A stretch of 37,686 nt of DNA, taken from the NCBI RefSeq assembly GCF_024521635.1, contig NW_026250451.1:62001-99686 (forward strand). The letters are read 5' to 3'. A program made the position numbers and the translations under genes. The notes under the pieces were generated by a model. That model was given only the letters and a program-made list of their open reading frames with translations. It did not search any database and had not been told where the DNA came from. Below, one piece after another: positions 1 to 12,318 of the stretch (the first letter of the stretch is position 1; each line of letters opens with the position of its first letter). The DNA is from Tricharina praecox (lineage: Eukaryota).

Positions 1-78
1 GGTAGGCTAAATCATCGCCGTGCCGATTGACCGGCACGGCGCCACGCGCATGTATGCTGATTGGTTCGTCTTTTACAG

Positions 79-118
79 CCTCGACATCCAACAGCAACAG
101 CATCAGCAGCAGCTTCAT

Positions 119-150
<32 letters not shown>

Positions 151-1357
151 GCGCGGCCCGCAGAATGCCGGCTACCACGGCTACCAGCAGCCTTATCCGG
201 TTTATAGCAATTATTACACCACCTCAACTCCGGAATCGCCCGTTGCACCGAGCGTTCCATCGCATGGACGTGCCAGGGCAAGGTATGTATCCCACAATCC
301 TTCCGACCGGCGAGGGAGAGAGAGGGGGAGAGGGAGAGCCCTTGTACTGACCGTTCCCCGCAGCTCGAGGTCCTCGGGGTCATCGGGCGATAGTGCAACA
401 TCGCCCATGCACGATGGCGGTAGCTCAGACTTCGAAGTGGACGGTGGTGTTGGTAGCAACGCCGTCGCTACCGCTGCCGCCGCCGCCAGGACGATCAAAC
501 AGGCCAAAAATGGATACCCCTTCCCCGGATATACTCCGGCGGAGGCGCTAGTGGCCGTTGCCTATGCGGAATCCTGTTCCGGGGATACCATGGTTAACGG
601 AGCTGGTGAGGACCTTTCGCAGAGTCTTGACAGCCAGAGGGGCCAATACAAGGTGGGAGTGCCCAGGACCACCCCCGGCCAGGACACCAATGGCAGCCGG
701 TCCAAGCGGCGACCCAGCAACCAGGGAATTGAAGGACAGTCCCGTAACCGCAAGTCGTACAAACAGGATACCTATGTTCTCCGCGTGCTGGAGGAGGACG
801 AGCAGGAGGGCGGGGATGATGGCGAGGAGGGACCGCTCGATCTGTATTCCGAAGAGACGCCCCTCTCGACCCTCCAGCACGACGAGTATAAGGAGATATT
901 TGCGTCGCTCAACGATCTCTTCTGCCGGACCTCGTACCGCTGGTTGGCACAGTACAAGTTCAGGATTCCAAGGAAGCGATACATGAAGGAGCACACTTCG
1001 CCCTTTGACCGGGAACTGACCGAGTACGTGCAAATCATCAAGAACCTGGTGGAAGGCCGAGAGGTTCCGAGACATGCCGTCTCGGACGAGCGTCTGAACG
1101 AGCTGGTCTCGGTGATGGAGGGTGCTTCCGAGATCCGACACGTCAACATTCACGTGTCGCGGAAGCACAAGCCGGACCGAAGGGTTCTCGGGTTCATCGC
1201 CGCCGTCAATGAGTTTTGCTGGATACTGCGGGACAGCAAAGGCGCCATGGAGACTAACCAGATGTATGCCCGAGTTGAGGACCTGATCTTGAGGAACAGA
1301 AGGAGATTTTCCGAGGACCGAGGAAAGGACTCTTCCCGCCGAGGCACCCCGGAGTAG
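79..1357 (+). CDS. Last exon of a hypothetical protein (5' part outside window): polyQ/low-complexity region followed by a ~130-aa helical C-terminal domain
   Basis: Intron-like 2-78 (GTAGGC...GCTGAT branch...TTTTACAG) precedes a long open frame ending in TAG at 1355-1357. The C-terminal block (FASLNDLFCRTSYRWLAQYKFRIP...DRELTEYVQIIKNL...SRKHKPDRRVLGFI) resembles an uncharacterised Pezizomycotina domain recalled from memory, not searched. Confidence 0.75.
89..151 (+). repeat. CAG/CAA microsatellite encoding polyQ (QQQQHQQQLHQ11)
   Basis: Read directly from the sequence; in frame with CDS 79-1357. Confidence 0.95.
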
Positions 1358-3105
1358 AAGGACCCCCCACACCCCCCTCACCTCCGCCTCCGTGAGACGG
1401 ATTTGGAATGGATGCCATTAGATGTTTTTCCATCATCCGAGAGGAGTCACTTGGGATTGGAGTCCGACATACCTAACCCCCGGAAGGAAGGCCAGCCAGG
1501 ATGGACCGTATCCTTTGCCCGGATTTGATAAGATTTGAGAGCCACACCGGAAGGACCCCAGGAAGGACCAAAAGTTTTTGTTTTTTGTTTTCCTTTTCTT
1601 TCTTTCACGTTTTCGGTTTCGGTTTTCATTTTTTCATTTTTTATGTCCTCTTTTGCGTTTGATTTTCGTTTTCATTTGGGTTAGAGCATTGGGAGGGTGG
1701 GATGTTGGGAGGACTATTCGTTTACTGGTCGGAGTTGGGGGTGTTCTCGGACCGGGTTTTGTCTTGCGTTTATCAAGCACCCAGGAATTTGGATATGTGG
1801 AACAGACTTTTACATGCATCTTCTAGGGCGGGTTTATTCTCTAGGTATTACTGTTGGGATAGGAATGGCTGGATACTATCACTCGTTGGTAGGACTGTAC
1901 GGACGCGGAGGTATCAAGGCGCCAGAAACGCTCCGCGGGGCCGAGGGGAGGGGGAGGGAGGGTTGTGGATGTTGGGGAACGGAAGGAAGAGGAATGGTGG
2001 GGGGGGTTTCTGTTGATGGTAGGGAGGGAGGGATTGACTCGTCACGACGAGTACCGGTATTTCTTAATCTGGCTTCAGCGTTTTGTTTTTCTTTCCTTCA
2101 TTTCCTTGACGACCATTGTATCCACAGGCACTCCCATCATACGTGCGCACTGCTACCTACTCTAGAACGTTGCTGCTGCTATTGCTGCTGCTTCCCACTG
2201 CCGAAAAAAAACAAAATAAACCACAGACTCCCGGGTGAGTGCATTTCCCGCACCCAACCTTCTTAAAAAAAACTCTTCCCTTCACCGCTGCAGCAGTGCT
2301 TCACACTTGCGCACATATGTACCAGGTCAGCAGCAAGCAAGGCGGCCTTGGCTGCCGCACACCGCACACCGCATGATGCGTCGCAAGTGTGATTCTCTTC
2401 GAAAGGAGGAGGAGCTATCGCACATGCCGAGTCCGGGTCCCTCCACGCTGTGCCGCAACGAGGCTTTGGAGAACGCGGATACCACCGTACCATATTGGCA
2501 TGCAAGAACTGTCGGATCGTTGACCCACGGGGCACCGGCTTCCCAACCCCCCGCATCATGATGGATCATGCAGCATCACTCGGCGTTTCACCTAGTTCCT
2601 CGGTGCTCACAGGCCGTTTGCGATAATACCGGTACCGACATTGATAACGAGGACGAAACATTGGTCTATTACTTCTACAGTACATCGACTGTTTCGTTTT
2701 CCACCATTCTATTCCGTCTTTGAAAATTTTCCGATCATGGTAAAAATAGAGGGTACATCCGACCCCCGACTTCCCTCTCAGCTTCACCAAGTGATTCAAT
2801 CCTCTAAAAGTAAACACCTCAGCCCCCATCGCCAATCAATCAACCTGACAAGAAACAGTTACAAAAGTAAAACTTCTAACGCAGAAACAAACTCCAGAGG
2901 CAAACATGCCACTGCACAGCAAGCACACGCCGATTCAACAATTTCGCCCCGAAAACAAGGGCGGAGCCGCAGACACCGCGATCAAGAAAACATTACTGAA
3001 AGGAATGAAGGAAGCGGATTAACAAGATGAACCCAGAAGCGAAAAGAATGATGAAAAAACCACCCAGAAGCAAACCTAATCCACCGATGACACGACCTTC
3101 GCGAA

Positions 3106-6100
3106 TCAGTACGCCGCGAGCACCTGCCTACCACCATCTTGCTCCACGACCCGACCAAACAGACCGAGTAGTTCCTTTCTAGTCAGCCTTCCAAGCGCCA
3201 TCCGTCCTTCGCCGAGCGCGGCTTTTGCGATGAGCATTTTCCGTTTCTGGAGCGCCAACATCCTCTCTTCAACAGTGTCCTTGACGATGCAGCGAGTAAC
3301 AAAGACCTCCTTCTTCTGGCCCAATCGATGCACTCTATCGAAGGCCTGTAGCTCGACGGCGGCGTTCCACCAGAGATCGATGCAGATCACGAGGTTGGCG
3401 TGAGTAAGATTGAGTCCCACTCCACCCGCCTTGATTGATATCAGGATCAGGTTGCATTCTGGCTCCGTGCGGAAGAGGCCGAGAGCTTCGTCGCGCTCCT
3501 CGACGCTCATGGATCCATCGTATCGAACGTACATCTGGTCTGGCTCTTCGTTCTCGAAAACCCTCTCGATGATGTCCAGCATTTTGGTAAACTGGGAGAA
3601 GAGAACGATTTTGTCGCCGGGGTGGTTGAGTCTCCACTCTGCCAGTTGTTTCCTGAGCAACGTCGTCTTGGTGCTTGGCATCATTAAAATATTCGGGTTG
3701 TTGAGCCAGTTCAGCTCGTCTACTCCCCCATCACCCCTATCGCCAGGGAGAATGTCTTCTTCCTTTAGCATCGTTCCACATCTACCGTCGTTGAAGGGGC
3801 AGAGAGGGCTGAAGCTGAGGGAATCCATCAGGCACTCCCGGCAAAACTGGTGTTTGCACCGCCTTGTCTTGACGGGGTCTTCGATCGGATTGGAACAAAT
3901 CGGGCTGTGACGATAATCCGAATTAGCATATACATGATGTGGAGACGACACCCCGACCGTATCCTTTCACATCACGATTCCACCGACAAAGAAGCAAGGA
4001 GAGTCAGGAAGGGTACAGCGAAAACCCACCAGAGCTCGTTCTCAGAGGCTTGTCCGTCCAGTTTGATGCCCTGAAGTGCGCGATGAAGCAGCGCCAGGGG
4101 CTCATTCGCTACATTCGCACCTCCGGGAGCTGCCGCAGACTTCCTCTTAGGGTGCCTCCTGCCCGACTCGCCGTCTGAGAGCTCGAGCTTATGCTGAGCC
4201 ATGGGTTTGGTATCTTGCTCGTCCGGCTCGTTCTTGGTGCCCTCGTCCGGCTCGTTCTTGGTGCCCTCGTCCGGCTCGTTCTTGGTGCCCTCGTCCGGCT
4301 CGTTCTTGGTGCCCTCGTCCGGCTCGTTCTTGGTGCCCTCGTACCCGAAACCTGCAGAGTTCTCGCGCTTCAAATTGCTGTCCTCGACACCTCTGGAATT
4401 CTCGCGCTTCACCTTCCTGTCCTCGACACCTGCAGAATACTCGCGCTTCACATTCCTGTCCTCGAAACCTCTAGAATGCTCGGGCTTCACCTTCCTGTCC
4501 TCGGCATCTCCAGATTGCTCGGGCTTCACCTTCCTGTCCTCGGCATCTCCAGATTGCTCGGGCTTCACCTTCCTGTCCTCGACATCTCCATATTGCTCGC
4601 GCTTCACGTCACTGTCCGACACATCAGACTTTTCGTCTTCGTCATCTTCTGCTATGTGGAACCTTTTCCTTACAAGGGCTGCGCTGAGCGGGTTGGCGTC
4701 GGTGTCGTTACCGCTGGCGCCCACTAGTTACATCAGTCGTTAGCCCACCATAGCAATACTCAGAGTCAGGAGAAGTACAAACTTACAGACTAGATACGGG
4801 TGATCGCACATTTGCCGGAGCCTGAGCAACATCGTCAAGATGGCGAATTCTTTCATCTCTTTGCCTTCTCGCATGTACTTGTTGATCCTGTCGATCGAGT
4901 GGAGTTCGACCGCCTTGTAGAGCGCCCTCTCGTCGTCTGAAAACTCCAATTCGACCATTCGGATCCGCTTTCTGGGGAGGGAGATCAGGGGAAGGCCCAT
5001 GAGGAAGTCGGATTTGGTCCGTCGCATCATGTTTCCGCGAAGTGCTGCTTGCACTCGCTGCGCCGCAGCTGCGGAACTGGGGTGGGTACCCACGAGCCAC
5101 CTGAAACCTTCGATCGTTCCGGCGGTAGGATGTCCGATGAAACTGAAGATGGGAAAGAGGTCGTATAACGAGTTCGGAATCGGGGTTCCCGACAGCGCCC
5201 ACTTGTTTACGGCAGAGAGTTGCTGGCAGGCTTCCGATGTTGCTCCTGCCCGGTTCTTGATCAAGTGGCACTCATCCAAGATGACGCGCCAGAATTTGAT
5301 CCGGTGGAAGATACCTTTCGAATGCTGAGCCACCTCCCACCAGTCATCGATTGCCTTTTGCGTCCACCGCTTGCCGTCCTTGGGTCTCCTCGGCCAACTG
5401 TACATGATGGCATTGTAGGTGCAGAGAACGACATCAATGTTCCGAAGATCCCTGGCGGTTCTAATCCTGTTGTCACCGTGATGTATGAAAACTCTCAAAG
5501 TTCGCTTCTTGCAGTGATTAATGATCTCCTCTTTCCACTGCCGTAGGAGAGAGAGGGGAGCGACGATCAGAGTGACGGGAGTGTAGTCGACGTCGTGGAT
5601 TTCGGGCGGATTCAACAGCATGACGGCGATAGACTGCATGGTCTTTCCCAGGCCCATCTCATCGGCAACCAAACCACCAACAGGCGGTCTCTCCAACAAT
5701 TCGCGCGAAGCCATCCAATCCAATCCGAGGACTTGATGGTTCATGAGGGTCGTGACCATTGCAGGTACCCGCCACATTGTCTTTTCCTCGGTGATCTCGC
5801 GGAACCTCCTCGCGTCGTTGTCGAGGCCTCCGACCTGATCTCCCCGGATAACCTCCATGTTGTCTTCGGCGGCGAGATTGGCATCGTTGTCAGCGTGGTC
5901 GACCTCCTCTCCGTCATCGGTGATTTCCTCCTTCCGCGTAATTTGCACCGTCTCCTCCCTCAAGCCCAGCCGTCTCGCGGCAGCTATGATCTTCGCACGG
6001 TCATTCTTAATCTCTTCCTCAACCGACGTGTTTTCGACGGGCTCGTAATCCAAGTTGTCCTCCTCGTCCTCCTCGTCGCCCGCTTGCAGCTTTTCCCAAT

Positions 6101-6395
6101 CACCCTTCTTCACCAGATGACGAGGCCGACAGCCCACGGGGGCATCATCATCGAGCGGGACGTTGTCGATCAAAGACTTGATGATATCGGGCTGCTCGGG
6201 GCCGCCAATCGGCGTGTACGGACGCTTGTGCCGGAGACCGACGTCGAGGTCGCTGTCGCTGTCGTCGCTGTCGATCGGGAGTAGCGCGGCGGCGAGATCG
6301 GTCGATGACGTCACGCGCCAGGGCTGCAAGGGAGAACCGACGCGCAGCTTCTTCGCCGCTGGAGCTGAGCGGTCGGATGGTGAGGATGGCGGCAT
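3106..6395 (-). CDS. SNF2-family DNA-dependent ATPase with embedded C3HC4 RING (Rad5/Rad16/Uls1-Rrp1/2-like), ~1033 aa; exons 6395-4787, 4723-4030, 3904-3106
   Basis: Motifs ADEMGLGKT, ILDECH, LSGTPIPN, LLRLRQMCDHP, LFSQF, SIKAGGVGLNLT and WWNAAVELQAFDRVHRLGQ. Introns 4724-4786 (GTAAGT..GCTAAC..TAG) and 3905-4029 (GTGGGT..GCTAAT..CAG). Splicing the second rebuilds the first RING Cys (CPIC...CKHQFCREC...LCPFNDGRC). Exon total 3102 nt, divisible by 3. Confidence 0.92.
4218..4342 (-). repeat. Perfect 24-nt coding tandem repeat x5 (GTKNEPDE)
   Basis: Unit CTCGTCCGGCTCGTTCTTGGTGCC (+ strand) repeated 5 times plus a partial copy. Confidence 0.97.
4351..4607 (-). repeat. Imperfect 39-nt coding tandem repeat x~6.6 (13 aa, e.g. 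KVKPEQSGDAEDR)
   Basis: Six full units (4351-4584) plus a partial unit, sharing the core CTCG(C/G)GCTTCA..TTCCTGTCCTCG. Confidence 0.95.
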
Positions 6396-7636
6396 TTTGT
6401 GGGCCCTTTTTGCGGTGTCTAGGTTGTTGTAGGTGTGGATTCACGTGGTACCGTGTCCGGGGGCTACTGTTGGGTGAGCTGGCAAGTTTGCTGTGCGAGC
6501 CGCCGAATTGAATCGGGTCGAAACAGAAAAGCCACAGTGTGGCTGGAACGTGGCTAGAGAATTCAAGCCTATCCCGCTTTGAGCAGAGCTAAGCGGGGAG
6601 GCAGATTCCACAACAGCATTTAAACTGGCTCCTTCGGGCAAATTGAATGATCGAATAGTTGTGGAATCGGAACCGTAGAGCAGATTCCGATACTGCATAT
6701 GGAAATCGAAATTCGCGGACCCGAGACAGAGGGAGCTAAGATGCGGTGGAGGGGGCTTTCAATCTTCGATCGCAGAGTTTGCGGTGCGATAGATCGAGCA
6801 AGTAATGATGTTTTGATCCAGCGGGGTCCGGCCTCGTCCAAAGTCCCTACATCTCATGTTGATATGAAGTTTTGGGATTCGGATTCTCGCGATATCAGCA
6901 CCGCGCCTACCTGGTTTACCTGGTTAGTCGAAGGTCCAACCATCGCACCCAATGGTACATACCATGTCCACGGCACCAAATCTCTGTATGGTTCTTACAG
7001 CACGGGTGGAATTATAGATTGTGTAGGGTTGAAGGAGTTGCGGTGATGTTGCTTCTAAAGGATGCGGTGGTGACGTGGTCTGGCAAAGGGGACGATGAAG
7101 TGAAGCATGATGGAGAAGTTGAGGTTCTGTTCAACTTCGGAGTTCCACTTTATATAACCTGCTCAGCTGCTACAGACCCAAAGACGCGTAGCGTCGTTCC
7201 TTCTCCGTTCGCAACCACCCGATCCGGCTTCTCCGGCTAATTTGGCTAGCATCCTACTTTATTTTATCTTATCGATCGCTATGATCTTATCTACCATCTC
7301 TATCCCAATATACCGTTCCGGTCTGATCTTTATGTATGGTGGCAGACAACACAAACGTTCAAGAGGTGATAACTACGTGCTAAGAGACCACCTAGTTGAT
7401 GGCGTAGGTACATAGCTAAAAACCACGTAAACGATGGGCGCTGTCGATGAACGCTCATTGAGCTTGGGGAATGGATGGGTCGAGTTGATCTGTTCGGATC
7501 ACGATAATTTGTACTCAATAGTATGTATATTCGCCAGCACACCGTGCAGATCCAGTTTCCGATTACGTATTTAACTACCGAGCAGAGTATAGAATACCAA
7601 AATGAAACGAAGAAAAGGAACCTATCCCGTCGAATA

Positions 7637-10600
7637 CTACGCCCCCTCCTCGAGCGCCTGTAACATCACCAGCTCACTGTACCTGCCCTTGAGGTGCAAC
7701 AACTCCTGATGCGTCCCGCTCTCCACGATCCTCCCGCTCTCAAATACATAAATCATATCCGCTTTCTGAATCGTACTCAATCTATGCGCCACAGCAACCG
7801 TCGTCCTCCCCTTCGCCGCGACATCCAACGCATCCTGCACGACCTTCTCGCTCTCCGAGTCGAGAGCGGAGGTAGCCTCGTCGAGCAGCAAGATTCGCGG
7901 ATTCCGGATGAGTGCGCGTGCGATAGCAACCCGCTGCTTCTGTCCTCCACTCAGCATGCCACCCTTGTTCCCCACATCGGTGTTGTAGCCTTCCGGTAGG
8001 GACATGATGAAATCGTGGATGTTGGCGGCTTTGCACGCGTTGATGATGTCCTCTTCCGGGACATCTTCAAAGCCGCCGAGTCCTAACAGCACATTCTCTC
8101 GAATTGTGCCTTGATATAGTGTGGGTTCTTGCGAGACAAGCGCTAGATGCTTGCGGTAGTCCTGAATCCGGAGCTTAGTGATGTCTTTTCCGTCGACTAA
8201 CACTTGTCCGGCGAGAGAGTCGTAGAATCGTTCGAGGAGGCCTACCGGCGGAGTTATTAGTAGGGAATGATGAGTAGGGAGAGCAATAGAGTGAGGCAGA
8301 GTGGTGAGTTAAAGCAACGAAGCAGGAAAGGTATGTGCATCTGAACGGCGACTGGTTGTCGTTGGGTCCCGATGGAAGGCAGCGAATGGAGATGTGATAG
8401 AAAAGGAGAGAAAATCAGCGAAGACGGGGGAAAGCGATTACCGATCGTTGTGGATTTCCCACACCCCGAGGGCCCAACGAGCGCCACGTACTGGCCGGGC
8501 TTGACCGTGAAGTTCAGACCGCGAAGTACAGGGACGTGGGGACGAGTGGGGTAACGGAAGTGGACATCTCGGAACTCGATGTCTCCTTCCATGGAAAGCA
8601 AGGCTTCGCCCTCCTGAGACCAGGTGTCGATCTCAGGCTTACGATCTAGTAGACGTTTGACCTGTGTTGCGGCTCGCTGGGCCTTGGAAATATCGGAGGC
8701 AAACGCGAAAACCTTCGCCGACGAATTAGCTGGGCGTACATGTGAGAAAATGATGGTCAAGATTACCTGGCCCGCAGATTGGGCGCCGAAGAGGACAGTG
8801 ATGAACGCAATGAAGAATTTCTCGAAATTCAAGGATCCCTCGGAAATGAGCTTGGCTCCATACCAGAACCCCAACGCGACGATGAGAATGACGATGGACT
8901 TCGCTGGATGTTAGCTATTAATCTTCTCGCCAATTGAGAAGTGGAACTGACCTCGGAGAAAGCATAAAGAATACCGGTCTGGAGGTTGGATCTCAACCCC
9001 TTCTTAGTCTGGGCAGCCAGCTGGTCGTGGTAATGGTCCCAAACATCCCGATCTCTCGTAAGGGAAGCTACAGTCTTGATGGCTGCTGTAGCCTCGGAGG
9101 CATAAGCTGCCGAGCGTTCATATGTCTTTTGTTTCTGCTGCTCATATCTGCGCAGCAAGAACAATCGGAAGAAGCCGGCGGCTACCAGGATTGGAATGCA
9201 AGCCGTACACACCAGACCGATCTTCCAGAAGAGCGTGACGGAGACGACGATGGCCGTGATAAGTGTAACAATCGCTGTACGGAGGGAATTATGAGCACCT
9301 AGGTAACCGGGCACTGCGAAGGAGGTGCAAACATACCAGACATAATAGTGGCTGCAGTGACTCCTGAAAGGCCTGCGATATCGATGGCTTCGGTGGAAAG
9401 AAACGTGGTCAGCGATCCAGTGCTGTGTGATTCATCGTCGAAGTATGCCATCTCCTGTCGGAGCAGATGGCGGAAGCTGACATCTCGGACACGGCGAACG
9501 AGTTTCTCTGATGCGACACCGAGACATGTGGAAGATATAGAGGTTGCAACGAACTGCACGAGCCCCAGCATCAGGAACATGAGCGCCCAAAAGCTGACGT
9601 CGTCCTTGAGCGCCTTGCGATCCGGGTTTGATAGTGCAACGACCGATTTCGCAAAAAGGATTCCGTTGACAGGCTATCGATGTTAGCACATAGATTTTCT
9701 CATATTTGGAATTCCTGCGCTTACCTGTCCGCCGCCCATGATTACCGCGAACGATCCTCCCAAGAGTAACATCCATTTCTCCGGCGCATTTAGCTTGTTG
9801 ATCATCATGAAAAGTGTCCATGCGGAGTAGGTTTCCTCCTCGTGTGTGGGTTTATCCTTTAGTGCGATGGAGGCAACTGACTGCTTCGTGGTGGTGCGAA
9901 AGATGCGGAGAGCATCTTCTTGTATCACCGGCTTATGGTCGCCTTCTTCTTCCGGCGTAATAGTATCCTCTTCGGCTTCCGTGGATCCAGTGTCATAAGT
10001 CTTGTCGCTCGCGGTGATCTGCTGGGCCCGCACGAGTGAAAAGTACTCGCCGCGCTTTGCCATAAGTTCTCCGTGTGTACCCTGTTCGACAATGATACCT
10101 TTGGACATAACAACGATATTGTGAGCATTACGGATGGTGCTAAGACGATGCGCAATGACAATGGTGGTCCGTGATTCAGCAGCTCGGTCGAGGGCCTGTT
10201 GTACGATTCCCTCACTCCGGGTGTCGAGCGCAGATGTGGCCTCGTCGAGGAGCAAGATCTTGGGACTGCATACGGTGTCAGCGGAATGCTCGCTTTAAAA
10301 AGAGCTGGGGAGGTTTATACTCGGAAACTATGGCACGAGCGATGGCAATTCGCTGCTTCTGGCCTCCGGAAAGGAGGAAACCGCGCTGACCCACGTTGGT
10401 GTCATATCCTTCGGGTAGCTGGTTGATGAAGCCATCGGCATTCGACATCTGACAGGCGTTAATTACGAGCTTGCGCCGAACCTCTTCCAGTGCGGTCTCT
10501 TGTGGTGTGCCTATGAGTCCATGGCACACGTTCTCAAAAATAGTACACGAAAACAACACCGGCTCCTGTTGGACGAGTGATATTTGTTGACGCAGCCATC

Positions 10601-12318
10601 GTAGGTTGAGGTCTTTGAGGTTATGGCCATCGAGGAACACATCGCCACCCACAGGATCGTAGAATCTAGAGATAAGCCCCCGTTAGAATGCACACTGTAT
10701 ATTGGCACGAAAGTAACCACACCTTTCGACGAGGCCAACGACGGTTGATTTTCCAGAACCAGAGGATCCAACCAACGCCGTGGTTTTGCCAGCAGGAATT
10801 ATGAGGTCCATATTCGGCAAGATCAGTGCAGCAGGTCGGGAGGGATAGATGAACTTGACGTTCCTGAGCTCGATATTGCCATTGACATTGTCCAACTTCT
10901 GTCCTTCCTCGGCCGTTGGATCCAAGGGAGACACGCGGTCGATCGTCGCAAATATCATCTTTGCCGCAGCGGTACCGGACTGGAAGAAGTTCACGTTCGG
11001 GGCCACACCAGCGAGAGCGAAAGCTCCTAGCATGATCGCGAGCAGAGTCGTGAGGATGGAGGAGACATCCTCCTCCCCCCGCAAGATGAACTCTCCTCCC
11101 TGCCAAAAAGCCAATCCGAAGTTCAGGAAGTTGACGGACATGATAGCGCCGATGGTCAGGCCCAGAGAGACTTTCGTTTTCATGCCCCAAACTTCGGCGA
11201 TAGCGAGGTGAACATCAAAATTCCTTGCCAGCTTCTCTTCGGTACCGAAGGCAACAGCATTGCGAACCGAGGACAGAACCTCCTCCGCTACCGTTCCTCC
11301 TACGCCGTTGGCCGAGAGTGACTTTGCGTAGAATCGCAAGAATAGTGTGGAACCGATCCCCATGACCAACGTCATCGCCACTACCGTCGAGATCAAGATG
11401 AAGGTGAACTTCCACGCTTTGACGAATCCGATCACGAAAGCGGCTAGGAACATCGACAAAGCCATCATGGTGATCCCTACCTTTTCCGAAACCGCATTTT
11501 GAACTTGATTCGTATCCGATGTGATCTTGACGGTGATTTCACCCGCACCCTTGTTCTTCGTTAGCACATCCCCGAGATCAACTAGTGATGCTTGTGTCGA
11601 TTATACGTACCAGTTTGTCGAAAAACGCCTGATTTTGGCGCAAGATTGCCGATAGATACTCCTCTCTGATCCTCTGGGTGAGGCGCTCGCCGGTATGTTG
11701 AAATGAGATATTCGAGATGTAGGACCCGAAGAATAGTCCTACGAAAAGGTATATAAACTTGCTGTCCCCGTGTTAGCTTCGCAACCTCAATGTACCCCAC
11801 CAGAGAGTTGGGGCAGTCTTACATGGTGTAGTCTTCCACCTCATCCATAAAAGCTCCCGTGTCCGATTCTCCCGAACCAAGTTTCCCAAAGCTCCCCGTC
11901 AAGTCACCGAAGATTATCGTCATGACCGGCATCATCGCCCCCGAGCCCACCGCGCCGATGCCGCCAACCGCCATGACTAACAGGTCTCGTGGAGTAGCAT
12001 ATCGGAATAGTGTGAAGTACGAAATAGCGGGCTCTTTAAACTCGATCTGACGCTGCAAGATCTCCCGCTCGTGTTCTGGTAGCTAAGTGCGGAGAACTAT
12101 ATCTTAGTGATGCCGCGCTTGCCCGGGCATGGGCATGGGTATAGTAGGTGAGGCGGGGAAATATTACATACATGCGCTAGCTGAGCATCGATATCCTCCG
12201 CCTGTTCCGGTATCGGCACCGCGACCTCGGCCTTATCCACTTCTGTCCTGGTAGTACTCTCCGGGCGTGCAGCGGGAGCGTCGGCAATCCCCTGCTTCTC
12301 GCTGTAGGATCCCGCCAT
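7637..12318 (-). CDS. Full-length ABCB (MDR/P-glycoprotein-type) transporter, ~1312 aa, 11 exons: 12318-12172, 12082-11823, 11761-11611, 11549-10723, 10665-10321, 10265-9725, 9673-9337, 9274-8952, 8898-8767, 8712-8442, 8241-7637
   Basis: TMD-NBD-TMD-NBD layout. Walker [10 protein letters not shown] and GPSGCGKST; signature [14 protein letters not shown] / [14 protein letters not shown]; Walker [12 protein letters not shown] twice; H-loop AHRLSTI twice. Ten GT-AG introns restore the frame (3939 nt total). Confidence 0.95.

Noticed and set aside
20..78. ORF-track N-terminus MPIDRHGATRMYADWFVFY of ORF 20-1357
   Set aside because: It lies inside a canonical intron (GTAGGC...GCTGAT...TTTTACAG); the true start is upstream of the window.
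4218..4607. Possible CRISPR-like array
   Set aside because: Units abut with no unique spacers, are in frame within a eukaryotic CDS, and no cas genes are present.
4191..4743. Plus-strand repetitive ORFs (LVRLVLGA)n and (GSFLVPSS)n
   Set aside because: Antisense shadows of the SNF2 exon 2 tandem repeats.
8267..8344. ATGATGA...CTGA box C/D snoRNA-like pair in the 200-nt ABC intron
   Set aside because: It is on the strand opposite the host transcript, with no terminal stem and no recognisable rRNA guide.
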